64,000 nucleotides of DNA from a virus. Below, piece by piece: positions 20,143 through 29,196 of this stretch. Position numbers and translations under genes: made by a program. The notes beneath the pieces were generated by a model. The model had not been told where the DNA came from. It worked only from the letters and a program-made list of their open reading frames with translations, and did no database searches. The stretch lies in IMG/VR virus record IMGVR_UViG_3300012919_000005, positions 1-64,000 of that record; one strand, given 5' to 3'. Position 1 is the first letter of the stretch. Every line of letters begins with the position of its first letter.

Positions 20143-21444
20143 CTAAAAAGTAGTCGCAGTCGTTTCAAAAGAATATAGAGCATACCTTATTGCATCGGCC
20201 ATGTGAGACGCAGCATTGTGCTTAGGTTTCTCTTTCAGCAAATTAGGATTTGGATCCCACTGATACTGGTCAAGACACATTAACGCTTCGTTACATCTCT
20301 GGTCAACTAATAATAAGTCATTGTCTACTACTGTTGCCACTTTACCAATTCCATCTAGTACTGACTTTTTCGCATTAATAGTAGTAATGTCATAATTCTG
20401 TGCAAAATCAAATCTAGTCTGTTGAGCTGCAGAATCAATATAAATATAGTCAATATCCCACTTTTGTATTAACTGTCGTATTTGCACTGCATGTTGTTCG
20501 GTAGTTCTTTCTGCATCTAAGTATTCATCAACTAAGTAATACTTTTGTTCGTCCCAATCATATGCTATTACACAAAATGCTGTGGGGTCTTTATAACCGA
20601 CATCAAGCCCTGCAAATACGTCCATTTTACTAGTGTCAAAAGCAGATAGGTCTGCTACACAATCCTCATGGTTAAAGGCCCAGACTTGTCCTTCATAAAT
20701 ATTAAAGTCTGCTTCATACTCTTGGCTAAACTCAGCTTCTGACATGCTGATTTTTGCTTCTTTAATGTCTTGTTCTGATAGTCTTGGATTCTCGTGATAA
20801 GTTGCTCTAAGTGATGCCCATTCTGGGTATTCTTCACTAAAGCCTCTGTAATAAAAATCTGCAAACCAATTGTTTCTTCCACGAGGAGTTGATATAAATA
20901 ATGCTTTTGAATTTGCTTTGTCTAGTGTAGGACGAAGAGCTACATTAAAGGCATCTTTACCATTTACTAATGCTGCTTCGTCAAAAATAATTAAGTCGTA
21001 ACTTCTACCGACCACTGAGTCAACTTGATTTACAGATCCCATTCTAACTGTTGACCCATTAGAAAGTTCAATAACTTTGTCTTTTGCATTATCCTTAACA
21101 ACCTCTAAAGCGAAGTGTTTGATTAGATTTCTTTGTAAATCAAAAGAAATTTGGGATAATGAATAGTTAGGTGACATTAATAATATATGAGAGCCAGGTA
21201 CTAAAGAAACTAACTGGCCAATAATATTAGCAATATATGTTTTACCTTGTCTACGAGAAACTGCCGCACATACAAATCTATATTTAGGATTATTAAGTGC
21301 ATTTATGATAGCAGTTTGTGAAGAATTTGGTGTAATTCCTAGTAAGTCCATATAGCCTTCAATAGGTAGCTTGATAAATCTATCCTGTTCTTGAAAGTCC
21401 ATCAAGTACTCTTTTACTATATCTTCTCTACTTAGTGTTAACAT
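20143..21444 (-). CDS. terL: Terminase large subunit
   Basis: SRRQGKT Walker A, IIFDEAA Walker B, ISTPRG, GLDVG nuclease, HMADAIRY. Confidence 0.95.
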   Translation of the reverse strand: MLTLSREDIVKEYLMDFQEQDRFIKLPIEGYMDLLGITPNSSQTAIINALNNPKYRFVCAAVSRRQGKTYIANIIGQLVSLVPGSHILLMSPNYSLSQISFDLQRNLIKHFALEVVKDNAKDKVIELSNGSTVRMGSVNQVDSVVGRSYDLIIFDEAALVNGKDAFNVALRPTLDKANSKALFISTPRGRNNWFADFYYRGFSEEYPEWASLRATYHENPRLSEQDIKEAKISMSEAEFSQEYEADFNIYEGQVWAFNHEDCVADLSAFDTSKMDVFAGLDVGYKDPTAFCVIAYDWDEQKYYLVDEYLDAERTTEQHAVQIRQLIQKWDIDYIYIDSAAQQTRFDFAQNYDITTINAKKSVLDGIGKVATVVDNDLLLVDQRCNEALMCLDQYQWDPNPNLLKEKPKHNAASHMADAIRYALYSFETTATTF

Positions 21445-21683
21445 TAGTGAAGAATCTCGTCTTTAAAAAAGTTATCCTCATCTCCAGGTTTCAGTAATCC
21501 TTCTTCCTGGACTTTATGATATAGATAGCAGTACGCTGCAGCAATCTGTTTCATGCTTACTTCTCTAGGCGTAAGTTCTCTTCTTTCTTCTGTGCCTTCC
21601 ATTCTTACTAATGTTTTAGTACTACTTAGTAGACATTCTTGAAGCCAGAGTTTTCTGCCATCTATCATATATTTTCTTGCCAT
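21444..21683 (-). CDS. Hypothetical protein (79 aa)
   Basis: Likely start MARKYMIDG at 21683; stop coupled to the TerL start. Confidence 0.55.
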   Translation of the reverse strand: MARKYMIDGRKLWLQECLLSSTKTLVRMEGTEERRELTPREVSMKQIAAAYCYLYHKVQEEGLLKPGDEDNFFKDEILH

Positions 21684-21684
21684 A

Positions 21685-21912
21685 TTATCTTTTAAATCTT
21701 GGTTTTGGTGGGTTTTTAGTTTTACCGAATCTAGGTCCGATTGCTTTTGGTGCTGCTGCATACCTAAAAGCTGTAAATCCGTTATGAAGTTTAGTATTAA
21801 CTGGAACTCCAGCAGCTGCATTCATATCTCTCGTAACGCCTCTTTTGAGTACATGTTTACGAATTTTTTGAGTACCGTGCGTGCCTGTTGGTCCGCTTAG
21901 AAACTTTGCCAT
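21685..21912 (-). CDS. Small basic protein
   Basis: 75 aa, AGGAG RBS, K/R-rich. Confidence 0.7.
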   Translation of the reverse strand: MAKFLSGPTGTHGTQKIRKHVLKRGVTRDMNAAAGVPVNTKLHNGFTAFRYAAAPKAIGPRFGKTKNPPKPRFKR

Positions 21913-21946
21913 TGCATTCTCCTTTTAGCTTAGCGTTATAATACGC

Positions 21947-22069
21947 CTATTTAGTTTTTACTGCTTTTTGTTTAGCTGCTATCATTTTATCAGTGATATC
22001 AACTGTACCGTCAAAGTTTTTATCTTTGAGAGTAATTATATTCCAAAGCATTTTTAAATATTTTATCAT
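21947..22069 (-). CDS. 40 aa peptide with an EF-hand/dockerin-like loop
   Basis: Own translation MIKYLKMLWNIITLKDKNFDGTVDITDKMIAAKQKAVKTK; ATGA overlap with the upstream stop. Confidence 0.6.
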   Translation of the reverse strand: MIKYLKMLWNIITLKDKNFDGTVDITDKMIAAKQKAVKTK

Positions 22070-22365
22070 CTTTTTTTCCTTCTAGTTGTTGTTCTTTTCT
22101 TTCTGCGTCTACCTGCAAAGGTTTTAACATTAGTAGGTTTTCCACCTACTCCTTGCTTCTTTGCCCTCTTTCGTCTAACTGCTGATTTAATTTGTGCCTT
22201 ACTCATTCTAGCTGCCTTTGATGCAGGAACGCACTTAGGATACCCTCCTTTTCCTGCCTTTCTTCTTCCACATGGAGCGTATCCACCACCTTTCTTTGGT
22301 CTAGAAATGTCTACCCACTTCTCACCAAACCATTTGGTTAATCCTCCACTTCTTCTTACAGCCAT
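22066..22365 (-). CDS. Small basic protein
   Basis: GLTKWFGEKWVDI...CG...YPKCVP motif; very K/R-rich. Confidence 0.75.
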   Translation of the reverse strand: MAVRRSGGLTKWFGEKWVDISRPKKGGGYAPCGRRKAGKGGYPKCVPASKAARMSKAQIKSAVRRKRAKKQGVGGKPTNVKTFAGRRRKKRTTTRRKKR

Positions 22366-22538
22366 TACTTACCAACCTTTCGCATAGCTAATTTATGGGC
22401 TTGACCAAAAGTTTTTCCTTCTTTCATAGCTCTCACCATAACTGTCATATGCTTTTTGGTATGGTGAGACCTATGTCTGCGGAGTGTAGCAATTTGTCTC
22501 TTAGTTAGTTTTTTAAGTTTTTTCTTTTTTCTAGCCAC
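22365..22538 (-). CDS. Small basic His-rich protein (57 aa)
   Basis: Own translation (GTG)ARKKKKLKKLTKRQIATLRRHRSHHTKKHMTVMVRAMKEGKTFGQAHKLAMRKVGK; TAATG coupling. Confidence 0.7.
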   Translation of the reverse strand: MARKKKKLKKLTKRQIATLRRHRSHHTKKHMTVMVRAMKEGKTFGQAHKLAMRKVGK

Positions 22539-22713
22539 GACGATATCTTCCCCCTTTTTTCTTTTACTCTCTTACAAGCCACGCATTTGCATATGCACTT
22601 GGATATACCGCAAACTTTCTTTTTGCTGCTGCTTTAACTCTAGCATACAACTTTGAGTTTGTAGGTATGTTACGCTTTTTAGTACTCTTTCTTCTTTTTC
22701 TTTTAACGGCCAT
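22531..22713 (-). pseudogene. Small basic YPSAYA-type protein with an internal TAA
   Basis: ...KFAVYPSAYANAWLVRE*KKKGGRYRRG; stop at 22564-22566 where Tyr would be expected. Confidence 0.5.
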
Positions 22714-22859
22714 TACTTACCTCGTTGCTTTTTTAAGATTGCTCTTTGCAAAGCCATAGGTAGTTTCTTTTGTTTAGCGGTCAAACCTTTCTTTTTCTTC
22801 ATTCCGCCTTTTTTCTTCTTACCGTTCTTCTTTTTCTTTTTACCTGTGTGATATGGCAT
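22713..22859 (-). CDS. Lysine-rich 48 aa protein
   Basis: Own translation MPYHTGKKKKKNGKKKKGGMKKKKGLTAKQKKLPMALQRAILKKQRGK; TAATG coupling at both ends. Confidence 0.7.
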   Translation of the reverse strand: MPYHTGKKKKKNGKKKKGGMKKKKGLTAKQKKLPMALQRAILKKQRGK

Positions 22860-23068
22860 TATATACTCCATTGTCCTAAAGGACACTCTGCCCGTTTGAT
22901 TCTAGTTTTGATGGGCATAAAACATTTACAAACTTTACAAATATTTAATGTGAAGTTTGGACACTTCTTGCAAACAGCAAGTCTGTCCTTATAATTTTGT
23001 AACGAATTCTTTTGCGTCTTTGTTTGTGAGGAATACTCCAAGTCTGTTACCGTTAAGATCTTTAACAT
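22859..23068 (-). CDS. Small Cys-rich protein
   Basis: RLAVCKKCP...CKVCKCFM...CPLGQW; start uncertain. Confidence 0.6.
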   Translation of the reverse strand: MLKILTVTDLEYSSQTKTQKNSLQNYKDRLAVCKKCPNFTLNICKVCKCFMPIKTRIKRAECPLGQWSI

Positions 23069-23177
23069 AATATCTTCCTCTCTTCTCTTCTATAAGAGCT
23101 TTATCAGGTTTTATTGTTGCCTCTACTTTTATTTCAGGCTCACCTGCTTTCATTTCTTTTGTTGTATATTCTTTCAT
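22989..23177 (-). CDS. Hypothetical protein
   Basis: 62 aa ORF in operon orientation. Confidence 0.55.
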   Translation of the reverse strand: MKEYTTKEMKAGEPEIKVEATIKPDKALIEEKRGRYYVKDLNGNRLGVFLTNKDAKEFVTKL

Positions 23178-23179
23178 AA

Positions 23180-23383
23180 TTAGTGTATTGTTAATAGGGT
23201 TACTATCAAGCCTGCCATAAATATTATGACTCCGCCCGCTCCTGATAAGAAATAAGTATCTATTCGATTTAGTCTTTCTTCAATTTCATCAAAGCGATTA
23301 AATGCAGTCTTCCACCGTTCTGCAACGGCAGTCTCAAGTTTTGCTAAATCTATCCTTATCTTATTCATTTCGTCATCTGACAT
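23180..23383 (-). CDS. Small coiled-coil protein with C-terminal TM helix
   Basis: GGAG RBS; hydrophobic C-terminus. Confidence 0.6.
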   Translation of the reverse strand: MSDDEMNKIRIDLAKLETAVAERWKTAFNRFDEIEERLNRIDTYFLSGAGGVIIFMAGLIVTLLTIH

Positions 23384-23423
23384 TTTGACTCCGTTTCCGC
23401 TGTGAGAATTTCACATAGATTAT

Positions 23424-23452
23424 ATTATACTAAAAGTGGCAACAAATGTCAA
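23424..23452 (-). promoter_or_regulatory. Sigma70 promoter
   Basis: TTGACA-17-TATAAT. Confidence 0.8.
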
Positions 23453-23455
23453 GTA

Positions 23456-25237
23456 CTATTTTCGTATGGTATAGATTTCAACGGGCTCATTCTTTCCTTT
23501 AACCTTTACTTGGTCTAAAAACTCGTAATCGTAATCATCGAGTAAACTGTGTTCGGAAATTATTAAGTCAGTATCGTACTCTTTACAACTTGATTCTAAA
23601 CGCGCAGCAAGGTTGACAGAATCCCCAAGAACGCTATAGTCGAAGCGAGTGCTAGAACCAAAGTTTCCGACCACGCAGAGTCCTGTATTGATTCCCGCTC
23701 CTGTATTAATTTGATCCAAGCCTTCTTCTCTGAGTCTTTCATTTAACTCTCCTAATGATTCTCGCATTTCGAGAACCGCCTTGGTTGCATTCTCCACTTG
23801 ATTTTCATCGTCAAGTGGTGCACCCCAAAATGCCATTATACAATCTCCCATATACTTGTCAATTGTACCGCCATGTTTTAATATAATCTCTGTTTGATTG
23901 TCTAAAAATCTATTTATTAACTCAGTTAATCCTTGTGGATCTTTTTGATATTTTTCCGATATTGGTGTAAATCCTCGAATATCAGAAAATAAAAATGTTA
24001 GTCGTTTTGTCTCCCCACCCAATCTCAGCAATGTTGGGTCTTTTTGTAATTTTTTAACCAAGGCAGGACTAACGTATGTCCCAAATTGTCGTTTTATTTC
24101 CATTTTCTCGAAGTAGGTCTTTATAAAATTCCTGAAACTTTCAATACTCCAGAATAAAATCGATATTAAAATAATGCCTGAAACGTCAAATAAGTAAGAA
24201 GATTGAAAGGCATACCAGGCTCCATATGCTGAACCTCCTACAACTAGCACTAAAGCGGGCAAGCTTAAATAAATTCTACTAGCTGTTAGTAATAAAACGA
24301 GCAAAGCTAAGACTGCAGCTCCTAGCTCCGCTCCTGCACTCCAATTTGGAATTGAAGGCGCTGTGCCTGATACTAAATTATGCAATACATTTGCTTGTAC
24401 CTCATGCGGGTATTTAGCTCCAGATGCAGTAGGAACTGGATTTACCACTCCTTCTGCTGTTACTCCAAATATAACAAAAGGTGCAGGAATTGGATCAGCC
24501 ATATATTGTGCTGCAGTTTGTCTATAAAACTTTACATTCGTATTTATCCAAATAAACCCATTAGCATCGGTATTCATATTTGGATAGTTAGGAACTCGAA
24601 TCCACTCTACACCTGTATCTCCAGTTTTAATTTGATAGCTTGGGTCGCCTACAGCGAGTCTAAGCATTTCTAGTGCAAAACTTGGGTATATTTTTCCCTC
24701 ACTTCCTACGACTACGGGCAGTCGCCTGACGACGCCGTCTAGCTCTGGTGAGGAGTTTACGATACCTTTGCCGTCTGCGCTTACCGATAAGATTGGTAAT
24801 TGTCGTAAAATTCCTGGATATGTTAATAGCCATTCTAATGGATCACCTCCTAATTGAGCAGTACCTACATGAGGGCCTAGCTCAGATGCTTGTGTTGATG
24901 CTGCGTAAGCTAACACTGTGGGTTTATTGGCTAATGCACTTGCTAAGTACAAGTCATTTTCGTTGCCACGTAAATCTGGGTCAGGCATAAGAATAGTAAA
25001 GCCCCCTATTCCAGGAGTCCTTTCTATCATTTGTCCATATAGTTTTCTTGGAAGTGGATAACCTCCGTATGCTTCGACGATGTTTTCATCGATGTCGACA
25101 ATTAGAATATTGTCATTTTGAATTTCTGGTTGACTATTCATAATATAGTCGAATGTTTTTAGTTCTAGAATTTGTAGAGGGTACGGATTCCAGATAAAGA
25201 ATCCGAGTACCACTCCAAAAGTAATTAATCTTACCAT
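23456..25237 (-). CDS. CHASE2-domain class III adenylate cyclase
   Basis: N-terminal TM, CHASE2 (IVDIDE, DGVVRRLP, PSFALE), three TM helices, then FSDIRGFT, DKYMGDCIMAFWGAP and DYSVLGDSVNLAARLES (K/D residues indicate ATP specificity). Confidence 0.92.
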   Translation of the reverse strand: MVRLITFGVVLGFFIWNPYPLQILELKTFDYIMNSQPEIQNDNILIVDIDENIVEAYGGYPLPRKLYGQMIERTPGIGGFTILMPDPDLRGNENDLYLASALANKPTVLAYAASTQASELGPHVGTAQLGGDPLEWLLTYPGILRQLPILSVSADGKGIVNSSPELDGVVRRLPVVVGSEGKIYPSFALEMLRLAVGDPSYQIKTGDTGVEWIRVPNYPNMNTDANGFIWINTNVKFYRQTAAQYMADPIPAPFVIFGVTAEGVVNPVPTASGAKYPHEVQANVLHNLVSGTAPSIPNWSAGAELGAAVLALLVLLLTASRIYLSLPALVLVVGGSAYGAWYAFQSSYLFDVSGIILISILFWSIESFRNFIKTYFEKMEIKRQFGTYVSPALVKKLQKDPTLLRLGGETKRLTFLFSDIRGFTPISEKYQKDPQGLTELINRFLDNQTEIILKHGGTIDKYMGDCIMAFWGAPLDDENQVENATKAVLEMRESLGELNERLREEGLDQINTGAGINTGLCVVGNFGSSTRFDYSVLGDSVNLAARLESSCKEYDTDLIISEHSLLDDYDYEFLDQVKVKGKNEPVEIYTIRK

Positions 25238-25521
25238 TTAACTTTGTTTGCCCAATAAGCTGCAGACATTTTTCCTTTGGCTATGTTTCTTCTATGTCTT
25301 GCTTTGAATGAAGCTCTTTTCTTCTTCATTCTCATTGATTCACCTTTCTTTGGTTTACCAGCAGTTTTTGCTCCCTGCTGTCCAAATCGTATTGTCTTTA
25401 TTTTGTTGCCTACTTTAGCAACTACAATATGAGACTTCTTAGGGTGTCCAGGTGTTCTTTTTGGTTTATTAAAACCTCTAACGCCTGCTCTTTTTAGTCT
25501 TGGATCTTTTTTTCTTGGCAT
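25231..25521 (-). CDS. Small basic protein
   Basis: KTIRFGQQG...FKARH...AAYWANKVKW; very K/R-rich. Confidence 0.75.
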   Translation of the reverse strand: MPRKKDPRLKRAGVRGFNKPKRTPGHPKKSHIVVAKVGNKIKTIRFGQQGAKTAGKPKKGESMRMKKKRASFKARHRRNIAKGKMSAAYWANKVKW

Positions 25522-25801
25522 TGTTTGCTCTCCTTAAACTTGCCTTACCAGATTTAAATACTGATGCGACAGTTTTCTTGCCCATAACTTTTGCTCGTTG
25601 TTCTCCTACAGTTAGTATTTGAATTTTTCTAGCATAAGACTTACGGACTCTTTTTACTTTTCGTACTGTTGCTCTTGCATCTTTTACAGTTGCAAATTTA
25701 ATTCTAACGGTATCTTTTGGATTCTCGTCAGTATAGAGTCTTCTTCCAGACCCCTTAGGTTTTTTACCTGTTCCTTTTTTTGGATCTCTTTTCTTACTCA
25801 T
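25478..25801 (-). CDS. Small basic protein
   Basis: GRRLYTDENPKDTVRIKF motif; very K/R-rich. Confidence 0.75.
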   Translation of the reverse strand: MSKKRDPKKGTGKKPKGSGRRLYTDENPKDTVRIKFATVKDARATVRKVKRVRKSYARKIQILTVGEQRAKVMGKKTVASVFKSGKASLRRANNAKKKRSKTKKSRR

Positions 25802-26225
25802 TGTCTATTATTACCCAAGTATTATTTATAACTACTAACGCACCAAGTGTGTTAAAATTTTCTATTGTTTCAATGTCTTCAAAAACATTCATTGTATATA
25901 GTAAATAATTAACTGCTAATTTTTGAGCTATCAATCTTTCTAAAGAAGGATAGTCTGGTAGTAAAGGATTTAGCTCTTTTCCGTACCTTCCACGTATTGC
26001 TCTATTTGTAGTGTATACATCAAGTACATTCCAAGCAACCCATTCATGAATATGTGAGTTATCTGACATTTTAAAATGCATTGTTTGATTTTGATTGTAT
26101 TGTTCTATGAGTAAAGCATCTGCTTTAATTTGTTCATAGTCCCAAGGTATATCAACCTCCAGATTGGCGGATTGTAATGACTGAGCCAGACCCAGAGTTA
26201 AGAATAATGTTATAAGCTTTTCCAT
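25794..26225 (-). CDS. Exported hypothetical protein
   Basis: Signal-peptide-like N-terminus. Confidence 0.6.
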   Translation of the reverse strand: MEKLITLFLTLGLAQSLQSANLEVDIPWDYEQIKADALLIEQYNQNQTMHFKMSDNSHIHEWVAWNVLDVYTTNRAIRGRYGKELNPLLPDYPSLERLIAQKLAVNYLLYTMNVFEDIETIENFNTLGALVVINNTWVIIDNE

Positions 26226-27270
26226 CTTGTTCTATTATTATATTATAACTTGTAGTGCCATTTAAATCAAGTCTCACATTTTGATTAACTTGTCTTAAAA
26301 TGCTTACTACTTCCCCATCTGTAAATGTGGTAATTTGGGTTGTGGGGTCATTCCCAAATTGTGTACCTTGTAAATCTATAGGCGAAAAGCCATCTTGGGC
26401 TAACTCGTCCTCAGAGGATAGAGCATCTAGTTCTTCAATAACATCTAATAAATCCTCTAAAAAGTTTACGTCTAAGTATTCGATATCTAGTTCTGTGAAT
26501 TCTAATTCATCTGTAGCTAAATAATCTGTTTCTAACTCGTCGTAATCGAGGAAATCGATATCAAGAATATTGTTATCAGAGTCGTCAGTTCGAGCTTCTC
26601 CTGCAGTTTGTCCTTCTTCATCTTTCTTTGGTGGGCTCACTATGAGCATATTATCTATGAGGTCTAGTGTCAGATCCAGTATTACTGGTCTAGTAGGAAT
26701 TGCTTCCCATACACTCGTAACAGTAGACTCATATGGTTTGTTTAAAATTACAGAACCCAAAGCAGTTGTTACGACAATCTCCCCTGAGCTTATACCAAAT
26801 TCGTCTGGTAAAAGAATAACCAAACTTCTTCCTAATTCATCAACGGTAACAGTAAAATCTGTCCCACGAATTGCTATCTGAGAAGTTGGTGTTGATAGAT
26901 TAATGTTTTGTTTATTAATACTACCTATCTTTCCAGTTATAAAACGAGCAGTCCCACTGGCAAACTTAAGTGCCATTTCTGACTTGTTTGGGTCGGGATT
27001 AAAAACAACCTTATCAATAATAAGTTTGCTATGCTCTGTTAGTCTGACTTTGCTATCATCTAAAAACGATATTGCTAATCGGCCATTACCTGTGCGAACA
27101 TCGTCCATTTGCTGTATGTCAAAGCCAACCTCAGCGGTATAGGTGTCATCTCGTAAGACAGCACCTATTCCACGAAGTTCTGTGATATCACCTATATTGT
27201 CAGCATGAAGTGGAGGTGCCACCATCATTTTGAACAATACAAATATTTGAATTAGATGTATCAGCTTCAA
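26152..27270 (-). CDS. FecR-domain exported protein
   Basis: Signal peptide; DVRTGNG...FLDDSKVRLTEHS...TPTSQIAIRGTDF FecR signature; acidic C-terminus. Confidence 0.85.
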   Translation of the reverse strand: MKLIHLIQIFVLFKMMVAPPLHADNIGDITELRGIGAVLRDDTYTAEVGFDIQQMDDVRTGNGRLAISFLDDSKVRLTEHSKLIIDKVVFNPDPNKSEMALKFASGTARFITGKIGSINKQNINLSTPTSQIAIRGTDFTVTVDELGRSLVILLPDEFGISSGEIVVTTALGSVILNKPYESTVTSVWEAIPTRPVILDLTLDLIDNMLIVSPPKKDEEGQTAGEARTDDSDNNILDIDFLDYDELETDYLATDELEFTELDIEYLDVNFLEDLLDVIEELDALSSEDELAQDGFSPIDLQGTQFGNDPTTQITTFTDGEVVSILRQVNQNVRLDLNGTTSYNIIIEQDGKAYNIILNSGSGSVITIRQSGG

Positions 27271-27916
27271 TTTTCAACCAGTCTGCTGCAAGTGTAGAAG
27301 ATTGAGTAATAGTCATTGTATTACTATCTCCGTCTAAATCTAAATAGAAATAAGCGGCATCGCTACTGCTTGCTCCGTATCCACTGCCTGTGAATGTAAG
27401 TGTATTAGAGTCTCCTAAAATGTCCATGTAATTTGTGGCGTATGCAGAATCTAAGTCTAGAGTGATTTCATTACTGTCACCAGTAAATAACCAGTCTAAG
27501 TCTAAATACGATACGTCATCATCTTGGCCTAAGTCGATATCTGCTGTGTTTGAAGAACCAGTAATGTCAAAATTTAAATTAACATAGTCTGCTCCGTTTA
27601 AACCATCAGTATCCATACTTATAGTCCATTCGTTAGAGTCACCAATAAAATCAAATGTTCCAGTGAAGTTATCACCTATTATTCCGTCAGTAAGAAATAA
27701 GTTGGAGGCTCCTATTTGATTTAAATCTAATGTCCAAGAGGTGCCATTTAATATTGCTGCTGTCATTGAACCTGTTGTTGCATTTAATCCACCAATTAAA
27801 TTGCTGGAACCAAGTTGTTCAATATCTATTGCTGCATTGTCACCTGTTTGGTCGATATAGATTTCATTGTCTGCATAGAGACCGATTGATAAAAATAAGG
27901 CAAATAAAGCTCTCAT
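27200..27916 (-). CDS. Curlin-like (CsgA/CsgB-like) repeat protein
   Basis: Signal peptide; NEIYIDQTGDN, IDIEQLGSSN and repeated GDSN...I-x-Q beta-solenoid units; adjacent to csgG. Confidence 0.7.
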   Translation of the reverse strand: MRALFALFLSIGLYADNEIYIDQTGDNAAIDIEQLGSSNLIGGLNATTGSMTAAILNGTSWTLDLNQIGASNLFLTDGIIGDNFTGTFDFIGDSNEWTISMDTDGLNGADYVNLNFDITGSSNTADIDLGQDDDVSYLDLDWLFTGDSNEITLDLDSAYATNYMDILGDSNTLTFTGSGYGASSSDAAYFYLDLDGDSNTMTITQSSTLAADWLKIEADTSNSNICIVQNDGGTSTSC

Positions 27917-27917
27917 T

Positions 27918-28769
27918 TTACTCTCCCATGTAGTACTTCCAGTACCCTTTCTCTATTCCTTGTTTAATTAACGCTACTACTCCTGTTTCTACTGCTGCTT
28001 GCACAGCGATATACTTAGGTTCATTCATTGTGTTTCCACTTTCAAATTCAACGAGTTCAGTATCATTTGAATGAAATCTAAAATAGTCATTACTTAAACC
28101 TACGGATAGAATTGCTTTTGAAGTAAGGATCTCCAATAAGATTTCTCCTGTACTCACAGAAACTAATCTCATAGAAACGATTACCTTATCTTCACGATAT
28201 TGTTTAGAAGTGCCAATGCCTAAGTTTCTAGCACCTACACCTCCAGTTAATAAGTTAGTATTGTAATCAACAATACCACCTTCGATAATAAGACCAGCAA
28301 ACAGTAAAGGTTGCTGCTCTTTATCGTCTTCAAAACTTTGTCTTGTTTGTCTAATTAATTGTCTTTCTTTTGTTAAGTGGTCTAACCCTTTTCTTTCTAC
28401 CACTTTGAAGAAGCCGGATTGTTTTAATGCACGAATTAAATATGCTTCTGGTGCTTGTGTGACTGCACTTGAGAAGTCTGCTATACCGTCCCTTGATTTT
28501 CTTTGACCAGTTAAGTCTTCAAACTTATATACTGCAACAACAGGAACTCGTGCCGGTAATGGCACAGTAGTTATTGCTTTTGTTATCGGTTGCTCAATAA
28601 TAGAATCACCAGAGAAACATTTTGCTTCTCCAACAATTGTGACTAAGTCTTTGTAATCCCCTTGAGGATTAGTTAGACAGGGTGATGCGTATTTCCAGTG
28701 CGTTGCGCAACTAGAAACCAAAATCGCCGATAGGGATAGTAATAGTAGTTGTTTCACCTGTAGCTTCAT
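27918..28769 (-). CDS. csgG: Curli secretion pore CsgG
   Basis: Lipobox LVSSC; VAVYKFEDLTGQRK, SSAVTQ, FKVVERKGL, LTKERQLIR and EGGIVDY motifs. Confidence 0.92.
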   Translation of the reverse strand: MKLQVKQLLLLSLSAILVSSCATHWKYASPCLTNPQGDYKDLVTIVGEAKCFSGDSIIEQPITKAITTVPLPARVPVVAVYKFEDLTGQRKSRDGIADFSSAVTQAPEAYLIRALKQSGFFKVVERKGLDHLTKERQLIRQTRQSFEDDKEQQPLLFAGLIIEGGIVDYNTNLLTGGVGARNLGIGTSKQYREDKVIVSMRLVSVSTGEILLEILTSKAILSVGLSNDYFRFHSNDTELVEFESGNTMNEPKYIAVQAAVETGVVALIKQGIEKGYWKYYMGE

Positions 28770-29196
28770 TAAATATAGTTAGGGTGATTGATATACCATC
28801 TGATGTCCAAGTAATTAGATTATCAAATAATGTAAATGACCCTTCCGTTGCAGGATTCTCTCCAAATAGCTGGTCTACCAACTGTCTAGAAAGCTGTGCA
28901 TAAATTCTACTCTCAAAGTTCTTTAAAAATCTAGCAAGAGTAGTATTATCTTCTTCTCTTTGCAAAGCTTCTTGCATTGCTTTTATTTCTAGTCTTAGTG
29001 CCTCTTTTCTTGAGAACTCTTGATTCTCAATGGTTAAGTAGTGACTTGATGTACCTATGCCACTAAAAGAGGGTGACTTGAATTCATGTTTAATTTCATC
29101 TGCAGAAAGTTCTGCTACAAATAAAACGCTAAGTAGTACAAAAATTGTGCCTAGTACAGCATTAGATACTCTATTGTTTATTTTTCTTTCGTTCAT
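28711..29196 (-). CDS. csgF: Curli assembly protein CsgF
   Basis: Signal peptide, then HEFKSPSFSG and ESRIYAQLSRQL; directly upstream of csgG. Confidence 0.85.
   Translation of the reverse strand: MNERKINNRVSNAVLGTIFVLLSVLFVAELSADEIKHEFKSPSFSGIGTSSHYLTIENQEFSRKEALRLEIKAMQEALQREEDNTTLARFLKNFESRIYAQLSRQLVDQLFGENPATEGSFTLFDNLITWTSDGISITLTIFNEATGETTTITIPIGDFGF

Noticed and set aside
22564-22566. Stop-codon reassignment
   Set aside because: TAA, TAG and TGA all terminate well-defined genes throughout the window; this is a single isolated case
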